A stretch of DNA of 64,000 nt. It comes from Eledone cirrhosa. Its lineage: Eukaryota. The stretch lies in NCBI GenBank assembly GCA_964016885.1, contig OZ024758.1:15686001-15750000 (forward strand). The letters are read 5' to 3'. Shown here piece after piece: positions 42,170 to 53,621 of this stretch (the first letter of the stretch is position 1; every line of letters starts with the position of its first letter). A program made the position numbers and the translations under genes. The notes under the pieces were generated by a model that was given only the letters and a program-made list of their open reading frames with translations, was not told the DNA's origin and searched no databases.

Positions 42170-42712
42170 CACAGTAGTAAGATTATATTATTACAATATG
42201 ACTAACTGCATTCCTTATTATTTAAATGTTAAAACAAAATGTCAGCAATCAAAATCAATAAAAAGAAATGTCTCAGAGTTTAAATATTTTTATTATATTA
42301 AAAATAAAATATATAATGAAATTATAATAATAAAAATATTTTGATAATATTAAATGAAATAAAAAACATTGTTTTGTTCTTTTCACTTGTTACCTGAGCT
42401 TAACATACTTTCACCATTAGATTGTTGAACAAGCTTAATCATCAGCCCATTTTATCTCAGGTTACTTCCGTTTTACTATCATTCATGAAGACTGACTTAA
42501 AATCAATTCCAGCAGGTATCATTTTTCAGACAATGACAAAATGAAGAATTAAAGAATGAACTATTTTCCTTTAACCTTTTCATTTCCATATTTTTCATTT
42601 AACCCAAATCAAATACAGTCTGTTTCAAGTAATTAAATGAAGGTTTTTGAAGGGTTCACTAAAAGTAATAATTATTTCACTACTAAGATAGTAACTTAAC
42701 ATTTTTACAAAA

Positions 42713-42923
42713 CCTTTTAGCATTTACATTACTCAATATTTACCACTATATTTTCAAGGTTAACACTTTATTTCACATAATTATCTCACATCGAATCTAT
42801 GAGATTTTGATATTTTTTTAGAACAATACCTTAACATCAGTACGAGCAGCCGGTTACAACCAGTTTGAACAGAAAGAGGTGAAAGAATTCTGACCGGATT
42901 CAGCCAGCTTAAATGCTAAAGGG
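42713..42923. mobile_element. TTAA MITE copy (reverse)
   Basis: Family consensus. Confidence 0.78.
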
Positions 42924-43064
42924 TTAAATAAGTTGTGTTTAATGAAGAATTTTGAAAGCTTCACTAAAAGTAATAATTATTTCATTACAAAGATAGTAAC
43001 TGTTAACCATTAGAAGGTTATCACAGCTTCTATCACAATGTAATTGTAACCTAAGCAAACATGA

Positions 43065-43345
43065 AAGAACAGCCAAACTCCCACTGTCATCGCCTCCATC
43101 TCTCTGGCTCTCCCCATCTCTCCGTATGGTGAGCAAATGGGGTCCCACGTACTGGCCTCCCCACAGCCCCAGCGGACAGAATGGAGAAGGCGTTTCCCCG
43201 GAGGATGGTAAGGGAGATGCGCTGGAAGAGCCATTCCAGCTCGCGAGGCTCACACCTGCGGCTGGCCACCTCAGCGCCTATGGTGGTGAGTAGGGAGGTA
43301 GCCCTAGGGCCAATGACACCAGAAGTCTCCACTGCCAAAGGTATG
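43065..43345 (-). mobile_element. CRE-like RLE 3'-end fragment (second subfamily)
   Basis: PLAVETSGVIGP..EPRELEWLFQRISLTILRGNAFSIL; same 3' end as 27995-28290. Confidence 0.8.
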
Positions 43346-43504
43346 GTTTTGAAATAAAGTTGTTTCATATAAATAGAAACCCTTTAAAATGGATGATTTT
43401 CTTTCATAGAACAAGAGCCCGGTTAGTAAGAAAAGGGTTAATTGATTGGTGACACACTGATATGGTGCAAAAGGGCTAATATAGAGAGCTTCCATTACAG
43501 TTTT

Positions 43505-43840
43505 GGGAGGTTAGCTTGGCCTTTCATCCTTACGGGGTTGATAAAATAAAATACCAGTAATGCACTGGGTCAATTTAATCGACTTTCCCCTCCCTCCAAA
43601 TTGTTGGCCTTGTGCCTAAATCAGAAATCATTATTGATAGCTCACATAGGGAGGTAGATTAGCAGTATCATTAGAGCGCCGGACGCTATGTTTTGCAGCA
43701 TAGAGTTATGGTCCTTTACATTCTGAGTTCAAATCCCACCAAGGTTAACTTTGCCTTTCATCCTTCCAGAGTCGATAAAATAAAGCACCAGTAATGCACT
43801 GGGGTAATTGATGGCCTTGTGCCAAAAGTAGAAACTCATA
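43505..43840 (+). mobile_element. Tandem SINE family A copies
   Basis: Family A core occurs twice. Confidence 0.7.
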
Positions 43841-43987
43841 TTTTTTTATCACCAATAAGAGACTAAGAAAGAAATTAAAACCATGATCACACTAACATAT
43901 TTAGAGTTAATAGAAAATCAGTGTAGTAAAAACCAAAGCATAAATATATTGAAACAAATTATATTCCACATTATTGGAGGAGATTAA

Positions 43988-44208
43988 CCCTTTAGCAATT
44001 AAACCAGCCATATCTGGCTACAATTCCCTCGACTATTTCTGTTCAAACCGGTCATAACCGGTTGCTTATATTTATGTTAAGGTATTGTTCTCAAAATAAA
44101 TGATATCAAAATTTCATAGATTCGATATTATGTGAAATAATTATGTGAGATAAAGCCTTTACTGTGAAAATATAATAGTAAATATAGAATAATGTAAATA
44201 CTAAAGGG
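43988..44208. mobile_element. TTAA MITE copy
   Basis: Family consensus, TTAA flanks. Confidence 0.8.
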
Positions 44209-45572
44209 TTAAACCCCTTAGTGGTGGAAGGTTTGATATAATGGGAATTATTTGCCAGTAGTTTGGACAATTTGCCAGTGAAACCCGGACTAGTAGCCCA
44301 ATATCCCATAGAAATAAAGCTAAATGAATTTGAATTGTCAAAATATATGAAAGTGGCGACCTTAAGTGAATTGAAATGCAAATAAAACAACTAAACAATG
44401 GGACATAACTCTTCACTATTTAAAAATCTTTAACCATAACATGTTTCTCTCGCAATCTGTACTTCTGTCTTTCTTCCTTTCCTTTCTTTTTCTTGCTTCA
44501 CACTGTCTCTCGTTCTTTGCATACATAAATACATACACACATGCATGCTTGCATACTTACATACATATCTATGCATGTATACAAACATACATACATACCT
44601 ATGCATGCATGCAAACATGCATGTGTACACATATAACTCAAAGTATACTGCTACACTCATACAATAACATCCATAACTACACACACACACATACATATTT
44701 ACTTAGATGATGTTATCTAAATTCCATTGAAAGAGTCTTATGTCTATATTAGAAACCGACTCTCTCTCTATTGGTAAAGATTTATAAAATAATGAAACCA
44801 GCAGAACATACATACATACATGGTGGCTGCCAACTCGTTTTCGAGTACGGCCACTACTTTATATCCATGTAGGAGAACCCCTACCGATGCGCTAAACAAG
44901 TGTGACTTTTTAGTCCAGCCAGCGACTTGAAAACTCTGGTACAAACACTACACCTGTGACAATTATTGACACATAGTGCTGGGCCCATGGTACCATGTGA
45001 CGACAAGTGCAGAGAGATCTCCAGATATAAAGCAATGCCTGTGCCGTGAAGCTTTTATAGTGAGCAAAGGCACTGCACAAAGCCAGTCCCACTCTCTTAA
45101 CCAAGATGATATTTACCAAAAAGAAGAACAAGTCAACATCATTGGATACCATCAGGGTTGCAGGTGTTATATCAGAGTTTTCCTTCTCCTAGAATTCTGC
45201 CTTGACAAAGGCTAAGGGGTCATCTCTCCCGGTGATTTTGGATGGCCATTGACTCTTAAGAGCTCCTTTGCCCTTTGACAGGTTTTGTTTTTAGTCCTGC
45301 AGGATGTCCAAAGTCACCCTCCTCACCAAGAAACCTTGGTGGGGTTGCCAGTTTAGTCGCCAACGACCCGACCATGGGACAGGTTGTACTTGAATACATG
45401 TTACCAGTAGCACCAACTGGTGACCTGAACATACATACATACATACATACATACATATGTGTGTATCATGACTCATGCACTGTTCATTTTCCTGACATTT
45501 GTACATTATTCTATGTTCTATACATGCACCTTTGATGAGTTGTAGTGCACCTGAGCACTGTACACAATAATT

Positions 45573-45603
<31 letters not shown>

Positions 45604-45606
45604 ACA

Positions 45607-45638
<32 letters not shown>

Positions 45639-45869
45639 CCAACCCGCTTGGACCAAAGTATGACTGAACTTGGATTTGCGGACAAAAAGCGCAGCTCCCT
45701 AATTCATAGTCTGCAGATGGCTGCGATAGCTGGCACCTTCAAAATTTGCAAAACATTCTTGCGATTCAAGGGATGACAATTTCTTTTCTTTTACAACCTT
45801 GCCACCAGGAAGGTGGCCGGTCAAAAAAAATACTCGAAATTAAGAGAAAGAGAAAACATATATACATAC

Positions 45870-46402
45870 ATACATGATGGCTGTAAACTCTGCTAAGAGT
45901 ATTGCAATCACTTGTCAGATTACAGAAAATGGTGCACTTTTAGGCTACAGCCAGCCACACAAACCTGTAACATATCCTGAACAAGCAACGCCTGTGCTTT
46001 GAAGGTTTTTTAACTGGAGAAAGGCCTTGCACTCGACCAATCCCACTCTCTGAGCATTGAAAACACTACCTGAAAAGGAGAACTGGTCAACATCATCGGA
46101 TGCTTCCGAAGCTGCAGGTTTTTTTTTTTCAGAGCTTCCTTCTCTTAGAAAGGTGTTGTGACAACAACTGGGGGCCCTTCACTCCCAGGTAAAAAAAAAA
46201 AAAGTACTATTTGGATGGCTGTTGACTCTGTTGAGTTCCTCTACCCTTTGCCGAGTCTTGTATTTCATCCCGCAGGGTGTCCAAATATCACCCTCTACAC
46301 CAAGCAAGCTTGATGGAGTTGCGGATTTAGTCGCCGACAACCCGACCATGAGACAGGTTGTACTGGGTTACATCTTACCAGTAGCATTCGAGAACAACCT
46401 GA
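45870..46402. repeat. Interspersed repeat (longer copy); related element at ~44820-45430
   Basis: Shared start with 13700; shared caggttgtact..ttaccagtagca end with 44820-45430. Confidence 0.7.
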
Positions 46403-46428
46403 CATATATATATACATATATATATACA

Positions 46429-46800
46429 TGGAGGCGCATGGCTTAGTGGTTAGAGCATTGGCCTTGCAATCGAAAGGTTGTGAGTTCAATACTCGGACCG
46501 GGTGATGTGTTGTTTCCTTGAGCAAGACACTTTATTTCACATTGCTCCAGTTTATTCAGCTGTAGAAATGAGATGATAGGGATTGGGGTCCATATCATTC
46601 CACTGCAAAAAAGCACCCAGCCCACACTGTAAAGTGGACGTGGAGGTGCCACGGCAAAAAAGCACCCAGCACTCAGTGTAAATGAGGTTGGTGTTAGGAA
46701 GGGCATCCAGCTGTAGAAGTCAAGCCAGAATCAGTTCCCGTCCCACCCTTGCAAGCAGGGAAAAGCGGACGTAAAATGATGATGATGATGATGATGATGA
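46429..46800 (+). mobile_element. tRNA-derived SINE family B (CORE-like centre, RTE-derived tail), full length
   Basis: A-box tggcttagtgg, B-box gagttcaatac, gtttccttgagcaagacacttt core, tail acccttgcaagcagggaaaagcggacgtaaaa(tga)n. Confidence 0.85.
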
Positions 46801-47257
46801 TACATACATGATGATAGCTTCATCTTAGCAGATGATAACCATCACAACATTACCTCAATCATTCCTATATGTCTACATACTCCTATGTGCAGGGAGGGTT
46901 TTTTTTCAATCCAGCAACCAAATGACACATCATTGTTGTTGCTCTTCTTCCTCCCCCTTCTTTCCACCACCACCACCACTAGTAGTAGTAGTAGTAGTAT
47001 TTGTAACAATATAAATATCATCACTATCAATTACCCTCCTCCTCTCCTCCCCCATCATCATCATCATCATCTCCAATGTAACTTCCATTTTCACATCTCT
47101 CTATCACTCTATTATCCAATGTCACCCAACTCCACCTCACCCCACCCACCCCTGATTTGCACTTCATATTCTCACCGACTCCCTCCTTGCCTTTCCATTT
47201 CACCCCTTGTCCTCCACCACCACCCTAACCCCAAACCCCCTAAATGTAATCCAGAAT

Positions 47258-47745
47258 AGGGTTAAGTTTAGGGTTAGGTTTAGGCGTAAAGTTTAGGTTG
47301 GGGTCAAGTTTAGGGTTAGGTTTAGGCTAAAGTTAAGTTTAGGTTAGGGTTAAGTTTAGGGTTAGGTGTAGGCTAGAGTTAAGTTTACGTTGGGGTTAAG
47401 TTTAGGGTTAGGTTTAGGCTAGAGTTAAGTTTAGGTTGGGGTTAAGTTTAGGGTTAGGTTTAGGCTAGAGTTAAGTTTAGGTTGGGGTTAAGTTTAGGGT
47501 TAGGTTTAGGCTAGAGTTAAGTTTAGGTTGGGGTCAAGTTTAGGGTTAGGTTTAGGCTAGAGTTAAGTTTAGTCTCGTGTTACGTTTAAGGTTAGGGTTA
47601 GAGTTAAAATTAGGGTTAGGGTTTTGATTAGGATTAATTTTAGAGTTAGGGTTAGGGTTAAGAATAAGATTAAGTTTAGAGTTAGAGTCAGGGTTAGAGA
47701 TAGGATTAGGATTAAAGCCAGGTTATTGTCAGGTTTAGAGTTAAG
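47258..47745 (+). repeat. Interstitial telomere-like (TTAGGG-derived) array with 46-bp higher-order unit
   Basis: gttaagtttagggttaggtttaggctagagttaagtttaggttggg repeated ~6-7 times, then degenerate hexamers. Confidence 0.8.
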
Positions 47746-48014
47746 AATCAACATCTCCTATGTTTTATATCTACGAATCCAAAGACATTTCCGAAAAAGA
47801 AAAATACATACAAGAAGTGGATTGAGCAGTAACAAATATTATCACTGGATGGGCTGATTGAGAAGGAAGAAAGATCTAGCTGTCGAAACGGCCGGAGATC
47901 AGCCATCAAGGTCCTGACTCTTTTCCTATATATATATAAATGCGCATAATAAAATACTTGGAACTCTTTTAACCATCTTTTGATCTTATATTATTTATAT
48001 ATATATATATAAAA

Positions 48015-48200
48015 GGCGGTGGATTGGCAGTATCGGTAGAGGGTTGGACGCCATGCTTTCCAGCATAGTTACGTCCCTTTACGATCTGAGTTCAAATCCC
48101 GCCGAGGTTGACTTTGCCTTTCATCCTTACGGGGTCGATAAAATAGAGTACCAGTAATGCACTGGGTAATTGCTGGCCTTGTGCCTAAAGTAGAAACAAT

Positions 48201-48201
<1 letters not shown>
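48015..48201 (+). mobile_element. Young SINE family A copy
   Basis: Nearly identical to 49148-49335; sits in (TA)n. Confidence 0.85.
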
Positions 48202-48231
<30 letters not shown>

Positions 48232-48261
48232 AGATCAAAAGATGGTTAAAAGAGTTCCAAG

Positions 48262-48328
48262 TATTTTTTTATGCGCATTTCAACAATATCATCATGGGAT
48301 GATATCTGCATTCTCATCAGATAAAATA
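48262..48328 (-). ncRNA. Type-I hammerhead ribozyme, inverted copy (partly degenerate)
   Basis: Reverse complement reads TATTTTAT CTGATGA GAATGCAGATATCATC CCAT GATGATATTGTT GAAA TGCGCA TA AAAAAATA. Confidence 0.65.
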
Positions 48329-48441
48329 GGGAGACATGATATGAATCTTAAAAAAAACATTTGTGAATAGTGAAGTTTTAAATCAACATTTTAAATCAAC
48401 TTCACTATTCACAAGTGTTTTTTAAGCTTCATATGTCTCCC

Positions 48442-48512
48442 TATTTTATCTGATGAGAACGCAGATATCATCCCATGATGATATTTGTTTTTGAAATGCG
48501 CATAATAAAATA
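48442..48512 (+). ncRNA. Type-I hammerhead ribozyme (Penelope/retrozyme type)
   Basis: TATTTTAT-CTGATGA-16-bp stem II (loop CCAT)-GAAA-TGCGCA-TA^ATAAAATA; stem I is a perfect 8 bp, stem III is palindromic, cleavage triplet AUA. Confidence 0.8.
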
Positions 48513-48868
48513 CTTGGAACTCTTTTAACCATCTTTTGATCTTATATTATTTATACTCCAGTCCTACAAACTGTAGAGTGCTACTTATCCGATATTTGCA
48601 TTGCTTTATTGTGCTACAATAAAACTCACCTCCTACATATATATATATATATATAAAATTGCATATATATATATATATACATATATATATCATACACCAA
48701 TAGTAATTCCACCCCAGCCGTCTTTTCAATCTTTCTAATTTCTCATTCTTTCTTCTGATGAAGGACTAGCGTCTGAAACGGTAAAACCCTCTTCCTGCTA
48801 CTTCAACCATTAACCTAATATATTCCTTCCACATACTGTACCGATTGTGTTGTTATTTCTGTTTACCT

Positions 48869-48901
<33 letters not shown>

Positions 48902-49147
48902 TGTGTGTGTGTGTGTGTGTGTTTTGGAGGAAGACGGCCGATTGAACAGGGATTTCAAGACTAGACCACTACCATGCTAGTCGATACATCGATCTCAACC
49001 GACCAATCGACCCCCTGAAACTATCGTAAAACAATGAACTAACTATCTACCTACACCTGACTTCTGTTTTCTTTTTATTGTTCTACGCATACACACACAC
49101 ACATATATATATATATATATTATATATGTTTTAGGTGGATTATATAA

Positions 49148-49335
49148 GGGCGGTGGATTGGCAGTATCGGTAGAGGGTCGGACGCCATGCTTTCCAGCAT
49201 AGTTACGTCCCTTTACGATCTGAGTTCAAATCCCGCCGAGGTTGACTTTGCTTTTCATCCTTACGGGGTCGATAAAATAAAGTACCAGTGATGCACTGGG
49301 TAATTGCTGGCCTTGTGCCTAAAGTAGAAACAATT
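49148..49335 (+). mobile_element. Young SINE family A copy with probable TSD attatatatgttttaggt
   Basis: Full-length family A; attatatatgttttaggt occurs at ~49119 and ~49333. Confidence 0.8.
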
Positions 49336-49336
49336 A

Positions 49337-49737
49337 TATATGTTTTAGGTAATTCCGAAGGAAAAAAGAGAGCTCTATGTATAGAACAGAGCTATTTAAT
49401 TAGAAAGTGAACAGCACAAAATATAACTACTACATCACCAAAGGTTTCTGGATCACAGACGATAATAATATGTCTGGATCGGTCGTCAGGCAGAGATGTT
49501 ATGGATAAAAAATATGAAATGAGATTTAAAATCTGTTAAAAAATTGGAAGTGAGGCTGGAAAAATAACAGGAAATATACATAGTCTGACGACCGATCCAG
49601 ACGTATATTTTTATCGTCTGTGATCCAGAAACCTTTGGTAATGGAGTAGTTATATTTTGTGTTGTTCAATTTCTAATTAAATAGCTCTGTTCTATACACA
49701 GAGCACTCTTTTTTCCTTTGGAATTACCTAACATATA
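49337..49737. repeat. Fold-back element (~150-bp arms) with CTGACGA..GAAAC cores
   Basis: 49337-49490 is the reverse complement of 49585-49737. Confidence 0.85.
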
Positions 49738-49812
49738 AAAATATATAGCAATATAGAAAAAGACATATGTGTGCATACATATACACACACATACACGCAT
49801 TCAGATAAAAGT

Positions 49813-49886
<74 letters not shown>

Positions 49887-50142
49887 CATGTATAGAGAGA
49901 GATCTAGCTGTAGAAATGGCCGGAGCTCAGCCGTCGGGGTCCTGACTCTTTTCATATATATATAAAGTTTATATGGTTCGTTGATTATTCAACGAATACA
50001 ATTTTACAATAGATTAGAAGCACTCGACAGCTTTTCTGGAGTATTTAATATTATTCAAAATATATAAATATATATATAGAGAGAGAGAGACGGATAGATA
50101 GATATTTTTTATCAGCTTATCTGTTGTGGCTAACTCTGTATA

Positions 50143-50227
<85 letters not shown>

Positions 50228-50546
50228 GTGTGTATGAGGGAAAGGGTTTGTATAGATCTAAAAGAAGCCACACGTGTATTTAATAATGTAGTAGTAGTTA
50301 TGTTGTTCCATAGTATTCATTATACAACCTACAAACTGCCTGCTTGTTTACTCTCTCTCTCACACAGATTACTAGTTACGATTAGTATAAGAAGCTACAA
50401 GCTGATAGGTGCATATGTTTTGATTCAACTTGATTGAAGTGATTCATTCGACTTCTGATAGTAGTAAAAAAAAAAAAAAAAAAAAAAATCATATATTTTG
50501 TAATATTTATAAACGTTTACAGTTTCATGGCGGCGATAAAGTAAAG

Positions 50547-51307
50547 ATGCCTGAACTGGATTTAAACCAAGTTACCTTCTCAATTAGTGCCACTTGCAAT
50601 ATGAATGCCGGCAGTCGGCTATTTAACTGTGCTCAGGCCACTTCATCGACATCTCATAAACCCACTGCCTTCAAAGAGTCTACTTCAAGACTCGTCCTTA
50701 GTATAGATCTGGGAACTACCTCGATAAAACTAGCTCTTGTAGACAGCATCACCAAGAAACCTCTCAAAACAGCTGCTCAAGTTACTAAAGCCGATGTTGA
50801 AAGTGAAATTGGAGTAGATGGGTGCGAGCAGAACCCTGTACAAATCCTTCACGTACTTCATCAATGTTTATCAAAGTTCGACAAGGAACAGTTGAGTCGA
50901 GTATTTTGTTTATCCGTTACAGGACAGATGCATGGTGTCATGCTATGGCGAAGTGAAGAGACCTCCAAGAAAGAACTATCAAATTTTGGTTCTTCATCTC
51001 ACAAATGGAATAAACACGAAGCCAGCCAACTCATCACATGGCGAGACCAACGCTGCAAGACGAAATTTCTAGGTTGTTTACCATCATCAGACTCTCACCT
51101 TAGATTAGCCACTGGTCATGGTTGTGCTACACTATTTTGGATGACCCGACATCAGCCTGAATTTCTTAAGCGCTTTGATTGTGCTGGGACTATAATGGAC
51201 TACCTTGTTTCACTTCTTTGTGGCCTTCATCATCCTACTATGTCACCCCAAATAGCAGCTAGCTGGGGGTACTTCAATACTGAGAATCGATCTTGGAATA
51301 CCGGAAT
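50547..51307 (+). CDS. SHPK: Sedoheptulokinase (FGGY family), first coding exon; downstream exons not identified in window
   Basis: Motifs IDLGTTSIK, EQNPVQI, SVTGQMHGVMLW, LITWRDQRC, SHLRLATGHGCATLFW, AGTIMDYLV and AASWGYFN match SHPK as I recall it. Canonical GTAAGT donor at 51308 (phase 2). Confidence 0.9.
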
Positions 51308-51407
51308 GTAAGTTCTTAACTCGTATTTCAGTTAACTGTTATATATATATGTAGATTTAACACTTCACTGCTCGCAAGTATTTTTTAAGCTTCATATCAT
51401 GTCTCCC

Positions 51408-51478
51408 TATTTTATCTGATGAGAACGCAGATATCATCCCATGATGATATTTGTTTTTGAAATGCGCATAATAAAATA
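51408..51478 (+). ncRNA. Type-I hammerhead ribozyme, sense strand of SHPK intron 1
   Basis: Identical to 48442-48512; predicted cleavage after A51470. Confidence 0.8.
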
Positions 51479-51506
51479 AATGGAACTCTTTTAACCATCT
51501 TTTGAT

Positions 51507-51551
<45 letters not shown>

Positions 51552-51598
51552 GTCCTTGTGTTTTGAACCCATATATGTATATATCTGTGTTCTCTTTT

Positions 51599-51658
<60 letters not shown>

Positions 51659-51864
51659 TATATTGAGTATTTTGTATTATATTTATGAAAATAATAAGTG
51701 ATGCCACGGTTGTTTAAATAAACTTATTAAGTGAAAAGCAATTATATATACATTGCTGCAGTCTCGTTTACACACTGTATTATAACTAATAGAAAAAGAA
51801 TTGTCATTATAACTTCCCTCTTTTGGAGACTTTGGCATAAGTTATATATGTGTGTGTGTGTGTG

Positions 51865-51913
<49 letters not shown>

Positions 51914-52109
51914 CGTGTCTTTTATATGTTTGTTCCTCCATTTATATCGAGTATATGTTTATTCCTGTATTTATAAGTGCTGTTACAGTTGAAAAGCAGT
52001 TACACTTAATATGACAATGTCAATAATTTTTCGGGGTATACGTATAGAATAGCGTCGGTAAATGTGAACTGGTAATTTCATGTATCCATACGGATTAAAT
52101 GTATGTTTA

Positions 52110-52797
52110 TCTATATATCTAAAACAGAGAATGTCTGTCTGACTCCCTAAAACTCGAAAACCACCGAACAGATTGTTTTCAAACTTTACACATGTAACAC
52201 TTATGGTCCTGTGAGTGTTTTGAGCATAAAATATTTCGAATTTTCAATGCCCTAGGGACCGCATTAGGCGATTTAGCGATCTCTCTCTATAATTCTTAGT
52301 CTTTCTTTTTAGATAGATACATAGATATAACGTTGCGCCCTTATAATTGTTTCTACTTTTGGCACAAGGCCAGCAATTATCTCAGTGTATTACTGGTACT
52401 TTATTTTATCGACCCCGTAAGGATGAAAGGCAAAGTTATGTATGCATTAATGTTTGCATTACGACATTATGACGCTATATGTGTGTGTGTATAGTGTGTA
52501 TATATATAGTGTGTAACGTTTTTCGAAATATTTACTTCTGCGTTCACAGATTGATTTTTTTTAGTTTCAGAAGATCCCGTTAAGGGTGAAAGCAGCGATT
52601 CTTTGCTTAAACTTTAATCTGTTATTTTAATATATATATATATAATTATATATTCGTGGTGTACAGATATTTTTGCATACCCAATAACAAAATATAAACA
52701 AACGTATTTATTTCACGAGGCTCGATAAGGATAAATATATATCAAATATATAAGAACCCTAGAGCAAATCCCGAGCAACGCCGGGCCATTCTGCTAG
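52110..52797 (+). mobile_element. Non-autonomous Helitron-like element
   Basis: A|TCTATATATCTAAAA..tgtctgtctg 5' end; 3' hairpin CCCGAGCAACGCCGGG then CTAG. Confidence 0.65.
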
Positions 52798-52994
52798 CTA
52801 CACATAAATCTATGATTGTATATGGATCCATATACAATCATAGATTGTATATGGGTCCATATATATACAACTTTGTTCTGAAGCTTGCTGTGAAAGTGTT
52901 ATCATTAATTAACTAAGAGAATACGTAGATGAAAACTAAGAAAACAAAGAAGTTTTGCCGGTGACATAATACAAGCGAACAACTTTTTACATTA

Positions 52995-53340
52995 TACGAG
53001 GGTGTGCTGAAAAGTTCTTAGGCCGACTATGAAGGGGTGATGCTAGAGCTGTGAAATCTGGCATGCATTAATTTCAGCTCTTCTTATCAATGACTGCATT
53101 GTTTCTTTCCACTGACTATGTTGAAAAATAAACCTCATTTAGTCATTCCATGAGAGTATCTTAGTCAGCCTATGAAGGAGTGATGCTAGAGCTGTGAAAT
53201 CTTGTATGCATTAATTTCAACTCTTCTTATCAATAACTGCATTGTTTCTTTCCAATGGCTATGTTGAAAAATAAACCTCATTTAGTCATTCCATGAGAGT
53301 ATCTTAGTCAGTATATAAACCTTTTAGCCGACCCTCCTAT
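52995..53340. mobile_element. Mariner-like MITE with internal ~145-bp tandem duplication
   Basis: TA-CGAGGGTGTGCTGAAAAGTT ... AACCTTTTAGCCGACCCTCC-TA termini; the tatgaagg..ttagtcag block is repeated. Confidence 0.65.
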
Positions 53341-53588
53341 ATACACGAGTTATTTTGTAGTGAAACCATTTTAGCCCTTGCATATTTCTGATGAAAAACA
53401 CTGTCTATGATTTTTAAAACAAATTTGAAAATAATCAAGGGTTTAGATGGATTTAGTAATATATAACCAACTTTCTTATTAATTAAGCTAGTGTTTGCAA
53501 TATAAAAATACATAAAGTTCCCGATATAAGTATACATACTTCAACAGCATTCTAATCAAAGTGTGTATACATTTTTGGGGTCACCAAG

Positions 53589-53621
<33 letters not shown>

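Larger units (their letters stand above)
48224..48550. repeat. Fold-back element (~150-bp arms), inverted Penelope-type pseudo-LTRs
   Basis: 48224-48377 is the reverse complement of 48398-48550; each arm carries a hammerhead. Confidence 0.85.

Noticed and set aside
45640-45780. LQMAAIAGTFKICKTFLRF, possible R4/NeSL-type C-terminal remnant
   Set aside because: Too short to classify without a database search.
46429-46500. tRNA gene-like heads (also at 97, 48015, 49148, 59425)
   Set aside because: A/B boxes run into SINE cores and tails; no complete cloverleaf.
53385-53430. CTGATGA motifs here and at ~61164 and ~26388
   Set aside because: No coherent stem II/GAAA/stem I arrangement; not called as hammerheads.
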